Positions 14,491-33,833 of a DNA stretch of 64,000 nucleotides are shown in pieces. The stretch is taken from assembly GCF_009914755.1 (NCBI RefSeq), contig NC_060947.1. One strand, given 5' to 3'. Both the position numbers and the translations under genes were made by a program. Numbering within the stretch: position 1 is the stretch's first letter; each line of letters starts with the position of its first letter. The notes under the pieces were generated by a model. The model was not told the origin of the DNA and searched no databases. It saw only the letters and a list, made by a program, of their open reading frames with translations. The stretch comes from the human T2T-CHM13v2.0 reference genome, Homo sapiens.

Positions 14491-14519
14491 AGGAATTACA
14501 GTTATCTCTGGACAACAAA

Positions 14520-17500
14520 TCAAAACAATTGCAAATAAATATTCAACCCTATAGCTGTAGATTTTTACCAAAGTTGAAAAAATTCATGTGTATGCAGACT
14601 GATGGGTTCCATACTGAATAAGGTGAGACCCACACCTATACGCAACTGCAAATGTGTTCAGATTACAAAGGAAAATTTAAGTTTTTAAAAATATAACAGG
14701 AGAAAACTATATAACCTAAAAACATAGGATATAAGGGAATTGACATCACACTTCAATACAACCTTACTTGACAAAAACAACAACAACAACAACAAAAAAC
14801 AGCCATATGTTTTTCTACCTTTTCATCACTTACGTGCTGAACTCACTCCCATTAACAGCAGCATTGCCTACATCAAGAGCTGGTAATTATGGCTTAGGGT
14901 TTGAAAGTTACCTACCTATTTCAGCATGCTATTTCATCATACCTATTTCATCATATGTCCTCAATGATTAAGAATTACCTTTCTGTAGAGTATTAAGGAA
15001 AAAAAGGTGACCAAGAATTTTATGCAAAAGTAGATTTTTTTTTTCAGGTATAAACACAACTAACATATTCTAATATGATAAATCCCTAGAAAACTAACCC
15101 ATGAATATACTCTTCTTGAAAGACACAAGATTGCACTTTCACGAGTAATGAAGTTAATCAAAAAGAAGGAATGGACTCCCCCGAAAAGAGGGGTTAAAAA
15201 ATTTAATTTTTTTTTATTTTTTCAAAATTTAGTTCAAAACTTTGATGTAGAGACCCAGGAATTTCAGTTAATTTCAGTCATCATGGAATCAAACCATAAA
15301 CTCAGCAAATCATATTCAAACTAGTGAAACGAAAAATGAATTGTGAATCTTGAAAGCAGGCAGAGTTCATAACATCACCTTGAGAGAAATAGTGATAGAA
15401 ATAATGGCTTCCTTCTCATTATAAATAATCAAGTACACACACACAAACACCACAATGGAACAGTACTTTTAAAATGCTGAAGATAAAAAAGGATCAATCC
15501 CTAATTCTATAACTAGTTAAAATATCCATAAAGTATTAAGGAAAAATACATTTTTAGATAAATTAAAATGAAGAATTTATTACTATGCAACTTTCACTTA
15601 AAGTAATGTTAAAGAAACTTCTTCAGAATGAAGCATTATATCACCAGATTAAATATCATATCTACACAAAGGACTGAAGTGTGACACAAAGAGTAAGTGC
15701 ATAGGCAAATATAAATATATGTTTTCTCAATTTTAATTTCTTTAAGCAAATTGTTTACAACAAAATATGTATAGTAGATTTTCTGATACCTAAAGATGTG
15801 ATCTATATGACAGCAATAGCAGCAAAGATCTGCAGGTAAATGTAATCATGCTATTCTCAATTTTTATGTTTTCTGTAAAGTGGTAAAATACTAGCTCTAA
15901 GAAGACTTTGTCTGATTATAAATCAAGAATATAGATTGTAATCACTAGCAATCATTATAAAAATAATCCAAAGAGATATAGCTAAAATAATTTAGGTACA
16001 AGAACAAACATGGATAGTTAGGTGACAAATTCAGAATGTTCTTCACCTGTCATGGTGTAGGAATTTACTGGATGAAGACCTAAAGGAATTCTGGGTGTAG
16101 TGGAACTATCCTATATCCTAATTAGGGTGATACTTACAGAGGTACACATATGTATCAAAATTTATTGAATTGTATTAATAATACCTTTGTATTTTCTTCT
16201 ATAGGGATTTTCTTCACAAAATAATAACTGCAAACAAATATTGAACATGTTTTATTAAATTTTCTTTTAACAATGTTATGGGTTAGTGTTTCTGAAACTA
16301 CTTCCTGTGTAAGCTAGGCTTGAGCAAATAAGTAAATACATTCAGTATAGATTCAGCATTCTCACTTTTAGAGCTGAAAATAATAAATAGTGAAAAAAGA
16401 CAATTTGAGCTAGAATGCATCCATTAATCCTGTAATATCAGATTTTTATTGGACATGTTAGTATAATTTTCTACTGAGAAGAACTAGAATCAATGATTCC
16501 CCAGTAGGAATGAGCAAGGCTAGCAATCAGATTTTCATTTATGAATACCATTACCCAATAAAAGATTCCAGAGCTCCTTGGAGAAATAGCCAATTACAGG
16601 TCTGGAGCAAAAAAGTACATGATGGTCCTGGAAAAACTTGTTGTGCTAGAAATTTAGAGACTACTTGAAGAATGACAGGAATACGTCAAAGAGACCTGGA
16701 AAGTAGTTTGAATGAATCCCCACTGGTCGAAACTAAGGTGATATTACATCAAATTTCATTATTGTAGGCTGGGAATTATGGCTCAAGCCTGTAATCTCAG
16801 CACTTTGGAAGGCCAAGATGGGAAGATGCTTGAGGCCAGGAGTTTGAGACCAGCCTGGTCAACATAGTGATACCCAATCTCTAAAAAAATTTTAAAAAAT
16901 TTAAAAAAAAACAGTTTAAAAAATTAAAAAATAGAAAAATAAATAAATAATTATATTAATGGGTTATAATTTTCTGAATATTATATAATTTATTAGTTCA
17001 AACTGATATAAATGACTAAATACGTAAATATGAAGGTGCAATGAGAAGCTATTCCTTATTTTTAATGATAGCCAATAAATGCAGAAGGAATAACACAGTT
17101 AGAAAATTATAAATAAATGTTAACACTAGTGGGTGGAGGGATTCATGTGGAAAAATATATTTAAATAGTCTCTAAGTATCTCCCAAATATTACTTATTAC
17201 TTACAATAAAAATCATAGTATCTTTACCATGGAGAAATCTTGTAGGACTGCTTAGCTAGGTGACCAAAGTTAATATCACCAACACTGATATAAACCAATA
17301 TTCACATTCATTTTGGTAAAATGCACCGAAATGAACACATCACTTCTGGCTCATTCTTGCCTTATATGATTTTTTTCATTTCATAATAAATAATAAATTA
17401 ATTATATAATCAATAAAATATATTAATTATATAATAAACACAATATGGGTTGTGATTAGATTTTATATGAATATTAAATTCCCAGAGTGAAATAATTTTA

Positions 17501-17715
17501 CTGTGGTTACCTATTTCCTTTTCTTAATAAATACATGCTGAGTTTTTCAGGAGTAAAGGGGCATGAGGATTGCCACTTACTCTTAAATATTCTGGAAGTG
17601 AGAGAGAGAGAACGATAAAGCGAATTGGACAAAATACTTTTAACTATCCTGAATCTGGATAAAGAGCTCATGACAGTTCTTTGTACTATTCTTCCAACTT
17701 TTTTGTAAAAATAAG
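14520..17715 (+). mobile_element. Highly decayed mammalian-wide L1 (L1M) fragments
   Basis: A-rich ORF1-like segments and an L1MC/ME-type 3' end (ttctttgtactattcttccaactttt). Confidence 0.55.
16767..16900 (+). mobile_element. Free left Alu monomer (FLAM-like)
   Basis: ggctggg...gcctgtaatctcagcactttgg...ccagcctggtcaacatagtga, then an A-rich tail. No right arm. Confidence 0.85.
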
Positions 17716-17719
17716 AGCT

Positions 17720-19170
<1,451 letters not shown>

Positions 19171-19269
19171 TAAACACACATACACACAAACAAACATTAA
19201 TATAAAAAAAGTAAATAACAACATGATACCAAGGACTCCATCCAAGCCCCTCTGCACACATACACATTA

Positions 19270-19500
19270 AGAGAGTTGATCAAATCTATCATGACTATGT
19301 TACTAGGATGACTCTAGCCGCTTAAAAATGCCTGCCTGAGAAATCTCAATGATACGAAAATAATTTAGTCTTTGTTCCAGTCAAAACCTGACTGTAAACC
19401 CCTGACTTACCTTTCCTTAGGGAATTTACTTTAGAAAACTTGCAACTGTAAATATTTTCTCTGCCTTTCAGATGGAAATCTTCTACAATTCAGAAATGGA
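19270..19500 (+). mobile_element. ERV1 LTR fragment (MER34-like)
   Basis: aaatgcctgcctgaga...tttgttccag...gaaaacttgcaactgtaaat...aaatcttctacaa. Confidence 0.55.
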
Positions 19501-19818
19501 CTTACATTTGCCATTTTGTTATTTGTTTTCTGTACAGTTTTTTCTCCTAATTTGCTCCATAGTTTCTCCTAATTTGATCCATAATTTTTCATAGTGACAA
19601 ATTTTTATACCCTTCTCATTTCCTTCTGAATATATTCTATAGGTATTTTATTTGTGGATAGTATGTGGATTGTATATAACATCTTAAAGTTAAAACCGTC
19701 TACTTTTAATTGATATGGTCTAACTTCAAGAGTATACAAAACTCTACTTTTTACAGCTCACCACCCCCACTTTATGTTAATGTACAAATAACATCTTTAT
19801 ACATTTTGTGCACATTAG

Positions 19819-20312
<494 letters not shown>

Positions 20313-20689
20313 CTATGTATTTGCTTTTCCTACAGATATTTATGTTTTCCTATGGCTGTGTGTTTGTCTAATGTCCTTTCATTTCAACTTGAAGAACTTA
20401 ATTTAATATATTTTTTTAAATAAGGAAGCTCTAGAGGTAATGAATATTCTGAACTTTTATTGATATGGGAATGTTTTAATTTCTCCCTCATTTTTTAAAG
20501 ACCCTTGATGTCTATCCAGTGTTTTGCTATATATAGTATTCTTGATTTACAGTTTTCTTGTTTTGCTAGATATAGAATTCTTGATTTACAGTTTTCTTCT
20601 TTTAGCACTTTAAATTATCATCCCAGTACTTCTGGCCTCTAAGGTCCTCACTGAAGAATCTACTGGTAATCTCGCTAGGAATTCCTGTG

Positions 20690-21220
20690 CAGTAGTCTTC
20701 CTTTATCTGCATTTTCACTTTCCATGGTTTCTGTTACCCATTGTCAACCATGGTAAAAATTATTAAGTATAAAATTTCAGAAACAAGCAATTTATAAGTT
20801 TTGAATTGTGTGACATTCTGTGTAGTGTGATGAAATCTCACCCTGGACGTGAACTACTCCTGTTTCCAACTTATCCATGCTGTATACACTACCCACTCAT
20901 TAGTCACTTTGTGGCCATCTCAGTTATCGGATTGACTGTTGTGGTATTGCAGTCCTTGTGCTCAAGTAACCCTTAATTTACTTAATACTGACCTCAAAGC
21001 ACAAGAGCAGTGACACTGGAAGCTTAAAATATGCCAAAGAGAAGCCAAATATATGCCAAAAAGAGGTCACTTACTGTGCCTAATTTATAACTTAAACTTT
21101 ATCATAGGTATATGTGTACAGGAAAACTTATAGTATACTTTGGGTTTGGTACTATCCATGGTTTCAGGTGTGTACTGTGGGTGTTGGAATATATCCCCCA
21201 CAGATAAGGGAAGATTACTG
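20690..21220 (+). mobile_element. MER44-like (Tigger7-derived) non-autonomous DNA transposon
   Basis: Terminal inverted repeats cagtagtcttcctttatctg / cagataagggaagattactg (18/20 match), followed by TA. Confidence 0.88.
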
Positions 21221-23319
21221 TACTTGAGTCACTTCTCTCTTACTGTTCATCAAGATTTTGTGCCTTTTGGCTTTTGGGTATTTGATTATGTCTCATTGTG
21301 GGTCTCTCGGGGTATATCCTACTTGAAGCTCATCATGCACCTTGGATTTGTATATCCACACCTTTTTTTTAAAAGATTTAGAAAACTGTATGGCCATTAT
21401 TTTTTCAAATAATCTTTTTTGCCATTTTCTCAGTTTTTACTTCTTAGAACCCCCGTAATGTGTCTATTTATCTGTTTGATGCTATCTCATAAATCCCTTA
21501 GGCTCTGTTAACATTTCTTTATTTCTTTTTTCTGCTCCCCAGACTCAATAGTTTCAAATATCCTATCTTCAACTTTGCTGGATCTTCCTCTGTCTGCTTC
21601 AGTCAGCTCTTGAACCCCTCTAGTGATATTTTTTTTATTAAATTATTGTACTTTCCACCTTTATTTATTTGTTGATACTCTTATTTTTGTTCACATATCA
21701 TTTCTCTGTTGAGCTTTCTTTGGTTCTCTGTGCATGTTTTCCTTAAGCACTTTGCACATATTTAAGACAGTTTTCACATCTTTGCTTTGTATAACAAATG
21801 CCTTTGTTTTCCAAAGGACAATTTCTGCCACTTAATTTTCTTTCTTTGAATGGACCACATTTTTCTGTTTTAAAAATTTTCTTGTTTTATTTTGTTGAAA
21901 ATTGGGCATTTGAAAAAAAAAGAGCCTTCTCTTAGTATTTACAGACTGGCTTATTTCTGGGGAAGCCCTTCAGTAATTATCAGGACATGTTCTGATCCTT
22001 GGGATTAGCCCAGGGTGAAGATTTCTGGAATTCTCAGGTTTTACCTGGTCATGCATCTTGCCTAATGTACATGTATTTTGGTGTGTGCATGTTTATTTTA
22101 TTCCTCTTATACAAGGCTGCTTTTCAAGGTCTTAATTTACCAGCTTACTCCAGCTACTTCTTGGGGCCTTAGATGTTTTATTATATTTATCTACAAGTAA
22201 TCTCTTGCTCTGAGGTATCTGAATGTTTGTAGTCCTCTTCAGCTTTGATGAAGACTGCTTGCTCTTTACATTGTCTTTTCCTAACCTGAGAGCTGAACTA
22301 TGCTGCTTTCCCCCTTTGAGTTCTGAGTTAGACAAAACAAAGACCTTCCGGCATTCCACAGGCAGAATAGAACACTGCCTTCTCCTACTCTCTCAAGGGT
22401 GGCCATTGGGAATTGAGCTGTTACTTCCTCCTGACTACAGTGTGTTTTGTGGTATGGAGGCAGGGCAAGGGCAAATCCATATGCCATGAAATTTCCTACT
22501 TTTAAAAATGTGACTTTTTCTTTATGGGGCATTTACTTGGTTTCTTTACATCTTTGACTGTCTTATAGAGTTCTTACAAAGTTATTTTAGCCAACTCTAA
22601 GTACTTTTTAAATGTTTCCATCGGGGGAAAAGAGCTTAAAACTTCATAGTTCTCTATCTTGCTCAGGTTGAGATCATCTTTATGGTCCTAAGTATACCAA
22701 AAGTCAAAAACAAAACAAAAAACACTGCATGCTGTTTGATTCAGCAATGTAACTTTTTAGTTTTCTTGAGCTGAATGATCAAGAATATTTACAAAAACAT
22801 TATTCTAAAAGACCACAATTTTAAAATAACAAAGCATATGAAATGACATATGTATTTGAAATTAGGGGCTTGATTAAATAATGAAGCAGTCACACAATAA
22901 AATACTAGATAGCTATAAATTAATGTAGCATATTTATTTGTACAATAAATGCAGGATACTAAGTGGAAATTTTACCCTCAAAGTGTATGTAAAATATGTC
23001 ATATTTTAGTTAAAAATACACATATGTGGATATATATATATATTACATATGTATCTATAAAGAGCAAAAACTACCAGAAACAATTTTCTCTGAGTCATTT
23101 GAAATGTGTGAATTTTTTTCTTCTAAATTCTTAATCAGATTTAAGAATGAATACATTTTAATCATTGATATGTTGTAGTTTTTCAAAATGTATGGAATTA
23201 ATATGTTTTATTTTTGCAAATGTATAAAATGTGAATGTTACTAGAAAGGTCAATGACTTTGGGAACACTATATTATTTAGAGTAACTTAACCCAAAGACA
23301 TAATCAGTGATGACCACAA

Positions 23320-23830
23320 TGATGTATGTATAGGGGTTTTAGGGATTTGGGAGCATATCAAGAAAAAAGATCTGACTACTCATAGGCAGTAGAACACACA
23401 GATTTTATTGGGCAATGCCTTGAAATGTTTGCATGTGGGGGAAGTTCCTCACAGTAAGAATCTCAACAGAGGCTATAGCATGGTTCACCACTTAGAAGGG
23501 TCAGGAAATTCCCAGGGCACAGAGGAATTGGAGGGGAAGGGCTCACATGTATAGGTGATATTAGGCAGCAGCATAGTGCAATCTTTGTGTCATAGAGTTC
23601 TAAAGGGCAGCAGTGGCTTGGAGTCTTTATTGTCTGGGATTTATCTTATTTATGGCTAGTAGATGTTTAGTGCATTTTCATAGGCTATGAAAAAGGCAGA
23701 GTCTACATTGCTTTTAATTTAGGGCTAGGATTAAAACAATTTGATGGTAAAAATTTGACTTGGTGGTGGTGTAATTTTTTTTAAACTAATCCATCACATC
23801 CTGCTGTGAATAAATAAAAATTTCACACAC
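23320..23830 (-). mobile_element. Probable old ERV solo LTR, family unassigned
   Basis: GC-raised block of about 500 bp with reverse AATAAA (ttttatt at ~23403) and LTR-like layout. Confidence 0.4.
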
Positions 23831-24317
23831 TACATATCAATACACAGCAATGATCTTTGGCTTCTGCATATAATACTATCATTAATTATATTCATTAGTA
23901 GGAATTTTTAATAGCATAGTAAAATACATAACATCTGTAACAATTGTAATGCAGAAGTTAAAATTCCTGCTTTAGAGAAATATTTAGCATATAGGTAACA
24001 CTTCATCATATAATAGTAACTAAAAAATGGGGTATAAACTATATAAAACACTTTTATTATTTTATAAATATATCTCTGACTATTCACTTATAAGAAACTG
24101 AAATTAAAACAAATCTGTTTATTTAGTAGCTTTGAAACCTTCTAATATATTCCTGGAAAATTAAAGGTGCTGTACATGTTAAAGACTAGTACATACAAAG
24201 GGCTGGTTCCACGCCCAGGAAAGATCTAATAAAAGACCCTAAACAATCACACCAGCCTGACCCTTAGATGTTGAGTTAGCACAAAACAAAGGCAGAATTA
24301 CAAACTTCCTGCCTTTT

Positions 24318-28390
<4,073 letters not shown>

Positions 28391-28719
28391 CAATAGAGGT
28401 CAAATAAAACTTTTTCTAATTAACAAAAGCTGAGAGAAATACATGAATAAATCTGTGGTAAAAATGAATTCCTTTTAGACAATTAAAAGAAAACATACGC
28501 CAGAAAAAAAAAACTGGATCTATAAAATGAAGGTATATGGATTGCCAGATATAATAAATATGTTAGTAAATATACTAGTTTTTTATTTTTAATTCTGATT
28601 AAAAATTATTGCCTTATGAAGTACAAATAATAAGAAAGTGTATATGTAAAATGGATGAGTAAAACAACATAAAGAATGGAAAGAGAAAATAGAAGTATAT
28701 TCTTTTTAAGTTTTAGACT

Positions 28720-30069
28720 TGGGTCACCAAAATTATGGCTGGATAAGAGGCTCTTAACTATTCCTCCTTCCAACTATACACTGAATAAACGTCTACACAT
28801 AGATAAATATCCTCTGAGAGAAAGCCAAATACTAGTTGACAGACTGCTGCATACTGACCAACTGAGAAGATGGCCACATCAAAATGGGTAGAAAAAGGTG
28901 AGCCACGGTTATACTCAAACTCCATCCCAGGCACAACACTTGACAATGAGGAAGGAATTCACAACTCCAAGATTCTCCTTGAGGCATAAAAAGTGTGAAT
29001 CACAGAAAGCACCCCAACTTTTATAACCTCTATTAAGAGTCTGGCTCTCAAATTACCCAGCACTGAAAGCAAAAATATCTCATCAGTTGTGAGTCTCCCT
29101 AGACCACGGAGAACAAAGTGTGGCTTTAAGTGGGTATGTACTTCCAAAAGCTGTACCCCTGAAAACAGTGCAGATAAATTGGGCGAAAATGCATATATAC
29201 CAGTTTTACCCTGGGAGGGGTGTGCCTGCCTACTTTTCCAGTCGTTGCTCAAAAATGGAGTTTTGAACTAAACTGACTCTGGGGTGCAATGAGGCAGATA
29301 AACAATAGGCCTCTAGGAGCCTAAACAAGAATGTGGACACACTTCTCTTGACTACTGCTCCACCATTTACCTTCAATAAATCCAGGTATGTAATTCTCCT
29401 TGAAAGGAGATTGTGCACACATTTAATGGACCAACTTTTATAGCTCTTACGTAAGGGCTTGTCTTCTCAATCACCTAGCTCTGGGAATTGATAGGCCTCT
29501 GCATTCATAAGTCTCCCTATATTATGAAGACCAAAATGGTGAGTTTTAAATAGATGTGCAAACACTTCCAGTGGCCATTTCCCTAGGCTTTGCGGGTGGT
29601 CTGAAAAACAATGGAAGTAAATAAGAAAGAATTACAAAATACCTCCAAAAACCCAGTTTTTCCAAATGGCATCTCCAAAAACTGGCTTCTATCTCACCTG
29701 TCTTAGGATAATGACAGAATTTCACACAACCAAATATCCTGGGGGTCACTGTGAAAAAGATAGCAGTTGGGATAAGAATAAAAATTTAACAAGCACCCAG
29801 AATCTCTGGTAAGCTGGTGTGTGATGAGCATTGCCTACAAAAAAAAGTCAGTGTGACAAGGCTAGATGATATTGTTTTATTATTTCATGTACAGACACCA
29901 ACACAGAGTCAAAGAAAATGAAGAAACAGGGAAAGATTAATATGTTCCAAATAAAAGAACAAGATACATCTCCAGAAACTGAACCTAATACAATAAAGAT
30001 AGATAATAAAATAAAGATAGTTAATGTATTAGTTTGTATTAGTTAGGGTTCTCTAGAGGGACAGAACTA

Positions 30070-30100
<31 letters not shown>

Positions 30101-31970
30101 GTACATATATATAAATGTACATATATTTTTATATATATAAATGTACATATATTTTTTAATATATATAAATGTGTATATATATATATATATATATGTTGTG
30201 GAACCTTGTGATTTTGTGAGTAATACTTAATAAAATCATATGATTTTATTAAGTATTACTCACAAAATCACAAGGTTCCACAATAGGCTGTCTGCAAGCT
30301 GAGGAGTAAGGAGAGCCAGTCTGAGTCCCAAAACTGAAGAACTTGGAGTCCAGTGTTTGAGGGCAGGAAGCATCTACCATGGGAGAAACATGTAGGTGGG
30401 AAGTCTAGGCTAGTCTATCCTTTTCATGTTTTTCTCCCTCTTTATATTCTAGCTGCACGGGTAGTTGATTATATGGTGCCCACCCAGATTAAGGGTGGGT
30501 CTGCCTTTCCCAGCCCACTGACTAACATGTTAATTGTTTTTTGGCAACACCCTCACCGACACACTCAGGATCAATACTTTGCCTCCTTCAATCCAATCAA
30601 ATTGACACTCAGTATTAACCATCAATGGTATAATTTACCCAACAGATAATTCAAAAGAATGCTTATAGCTATGCTTACTGAACTCAGAAGAGCAAAGCAT
30701 GAACCAACTAATAATTTCAACAAAGAGATAGGTAATATAAAAATATAAAGAACTCAAACAGCTGAAGGACACAATAACATAACTTAAAAATAAATAGAGG
30801 AATTCCATATCAGATTAAATCAAGTAGAAGAAAGGAACAGTGAACTCAAAAACAGGTTATTAGAAATCATTTAATCTGAGAGCAAAAAATTTGAAAAGTA
30901 AAGAAAGCCTAGGGGACTTACGAGACATCATCAAGTACACTAATATAAGCAATTTCAAGTCTCAGAAAAAGAAGAGAAGAGAAAAAGAAAAAAACAGAAA
31001 AAAGTATTCAAATAAATTATGGCTGGAAACTGTCCAAACCTGAAAAAAAAATAGAAATTCACGTCCAGGAATCCAAAGATGAATCCAAAGTGACTGATAC
31101 TAAGACACATTATAATAAAATTGGGAAAAATTAAAGTCAAAAAGATAATTCTGAAAGTAGCAAAAGAAAAGTGATCTATTAAACACAAGGGAAGATTCAT
31201 AATATGATCTGCAGGTTTTTCAGTAGAAATAATACAGGTTAGAAAAAAGTGAGATAATATATTCAAAGTGCTGACAGAAGAAAAACAACCCTATCAACCA
31301 AGAATACTGTACCAGCAAACATGTTCTTTATTAATTAAGGAGAGATAAAAACTTTCACAGACAACAGCTGAAGGAATTTATCACCACTAGACCTGCCTTA
31401 CAAAAAGTGCTACATGAAGTTCATCAAGTTGAAATGACAAGATAGAAAACAGCAACATGAGAGCAAAAGAAAGTGTGACACTGGTTGGCAAATGAAAAAA
31501 TATCGATGAAAAAAATTTAGTGTTATAAAAGTGGTGAATGAATCTATTGTAATCCTACTATAAAAGCCGAAAGACAAAAATATTAAAACAACTATAACTA
31601 AATTATATAGTGGATACACACAATACAGAGTTGAAAATTCTGACATAAACAGAACACACTGTAAGTAAAATAGATGTAAAAGAACAAAGTCTGAATGCAA
31701 GAAAAGTTATGCTGTTATCAGCTTAAAGTTAACTTGTAACCATAATATAATTTATTTAAGCCCCTTGATAACAACAAATAAAATAGTTACTGTAGTTACA
31801 CAAAGAAAATAAAATACAAGAATCAAAACCTAGTAATGCAAAAGGAAAAGCACCAAAACACAAAATGAGATAGCAAAAAAAGCTACGAGGGACAAAGCAA
31901 TCACAAGACAAATAAAAAACAGATAACAAAATGGCAATAGTAAATCCTTACTTATCAGTAATTTTAATGA
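28720..31970 (+). mobile_element. Old L1 5'UTR, ORF1 and ORF2 start
   Basis: ORF1 remnants (aattatggctggaaactgtccaaacctg, gaatttatcaccactagacctgccttacaa) and ORF2 start atggcaatagtaaatccttac at 31931. Confidence 0.75.
30025..30625 (-). mobile_element. MLT2A-like solo LTR with a (TA)n tract and an internal palindrome
   Basis: tgtattagttagggttctctagagggacagaac...cacccagattaagggtgggtctgcc...ttgacactcagtattaaccatca. Confidence 0.9.
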
Positions 31971-31974
31971 AAAT

Positions 31975-33462
31975 GGGCTTGACATGGGATTTAAGAAGGG
32001 CGACTAGAAGCATCTATTACTTACCCCCTTTACAAAGAAGATATCTAAATGTAGATGGTCACAATTTGAATAGATTACCTGAGAGAGAATGCTGGCTGCT
32101 ACTCCCAGGGCTGAAGCATGAACCCTTGGTAGTGACTCCTGGTAGCAGGGCCACTACATATTTTAAAGCACCCTGAGGAGAGGCTGCCTTGCTTTTAGCT
32201 GCCACTAGGGGTCCAAGCATGCACTCCTCAGCTGCCTGTTTTTAGATGCTGTCACTGAAATCAACCTTGCCCTCCCCAGCAGCAGAGCCATAACACAACC
32301 ACTGCTCCTCCCACCTAAGCATTCTACAATGAGCCTGGAAATTACCTGACCCAGGCAGGCTTACCACAACCAGCACCAGCGTGCACCACTGGGGATCCTG
32401 AGGTCAGGTCTGCCAAGCTGAGGTTTACCCAAGCCCCAGTGCCCAAGTATGTCATCCAAGGGCCACACTAGCTATAAAATAAAATAATTAAATTAAATTA
32501 AATTAAATTAAAAACCTAGGGATAATTTTAACCAAAAAGAAATACCTAGGAATACATTTAATCAAGAAGGTAGAAAACCTCTCTAAGGAAACCTACAAAA
32601 CTCTGTTGAAAGAAATTAAAGAGAAAACAAATCAATAGAAAGACATTCCATGCTCATGGATTGGACTAATTAACATTGTTAAAATAACTATACTACTCAA
32701 AGCAATCTACAGATTCAATGCAATGCCTATCAAAATACCAATGCCATTTTTTCACAGAAATAGAAAAAGAAGGTAGAAAATTTATATGGAACCTGAACAG
32801 ACCCTAAATAGCCAAAGCTATCTTAAGCAAAATAAACAGAACTGGAGGCATCACACTACCTGACTTGAACATATGTCACAAAGTCGCAGCAACAAAACAA
32901 CGCATAGAAAACAACATTATAAAACAACACATAGAAAAATGGGACATAATAATGAACACAGAAATAAATTAATGCACTTACAATGAACTCATCTTTTGTA
33001 AAGGTGCAAAGAACGTACATGGAAGGAAGGACAGTGTATGTATGGTTCTGTGAAAATGAAATATTTGTATGCAGAAGAATGAAACTAGATACCCATATTT
33101 CACTACATACAAAGATCAACTCAAAATTAATTAAAGACTTAAACATAAAACCAAAATAAATAATTGGCCTAGGCAAAGATTTTATGACTAAGAACTCAAA
33201 GGCACAGGCATTAAAAAAATAGAAAAATCAGACTATATTAAACTAAAAAGTTTCTGTATGGCAAAGGAAAATATCAACAGGATGAAGAGAAAACCTATTA
33301 AATGGTAGAATACATTTTTAAAATTTTAATCTGACAAGGGATTAATATCCAGAATATACCAAAAATTTAAACAGCTTAACAGTAAAACAAAATGAAACAA
33401 AACCAAGAATTCTCATTAAGAAGCGGGCAAAGTATCTAAATAGACAGTTCTCAAAAGAAGAA
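31975..33462 (+). mobile_element. L1 (L1MA/PB-like): 5'UTR piece joined to late ORF2
   Basis: GC-richer 5'UTR-like block at 31975-32470, then aaatacctaggaata (KYLGI) and attccatgctcatggattgg (IPCSWIG). Confidence 0.75.
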
Positions 33463-33833
33463 TGTATTCGTTTGTTCTCATGTTGCTCTAAATAACTACA
33501 TGAGACTGAGTAATTTATAAAGAAAAGGGGTTCAATTGACTCACAGTTATGCAGGAGGTATAGGAAGCATGGCTGGGGAGGCCTCAGAAAACTTACAACC
33601 ATGGTTGAAGGCAAAAGGGAAGCAAGCACATCTTCACATGACCAGCGGGGTGGGGAGAGTGCTTCACACTTTTAAACAACCAGATTTTATTAGAACTCAC
33701 TCACTATCATGAAAATAGCAAAGGGGAAATCTACCCCCATAATCAAATCACCTCCCACCAGGTCCTTCCCCCAACATTGGGGATTACAATTAAACATAAT
33801 ATTGAAGTGGGGATACCAAACCAAACCATATTA
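33463..33833 (-). mobile_element. MSTA-like LTR
   Basis: tgtattcgtttgttctc...aggaagcatggctggggaggcctcag...aaccatatta. Confidence 0.9.
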
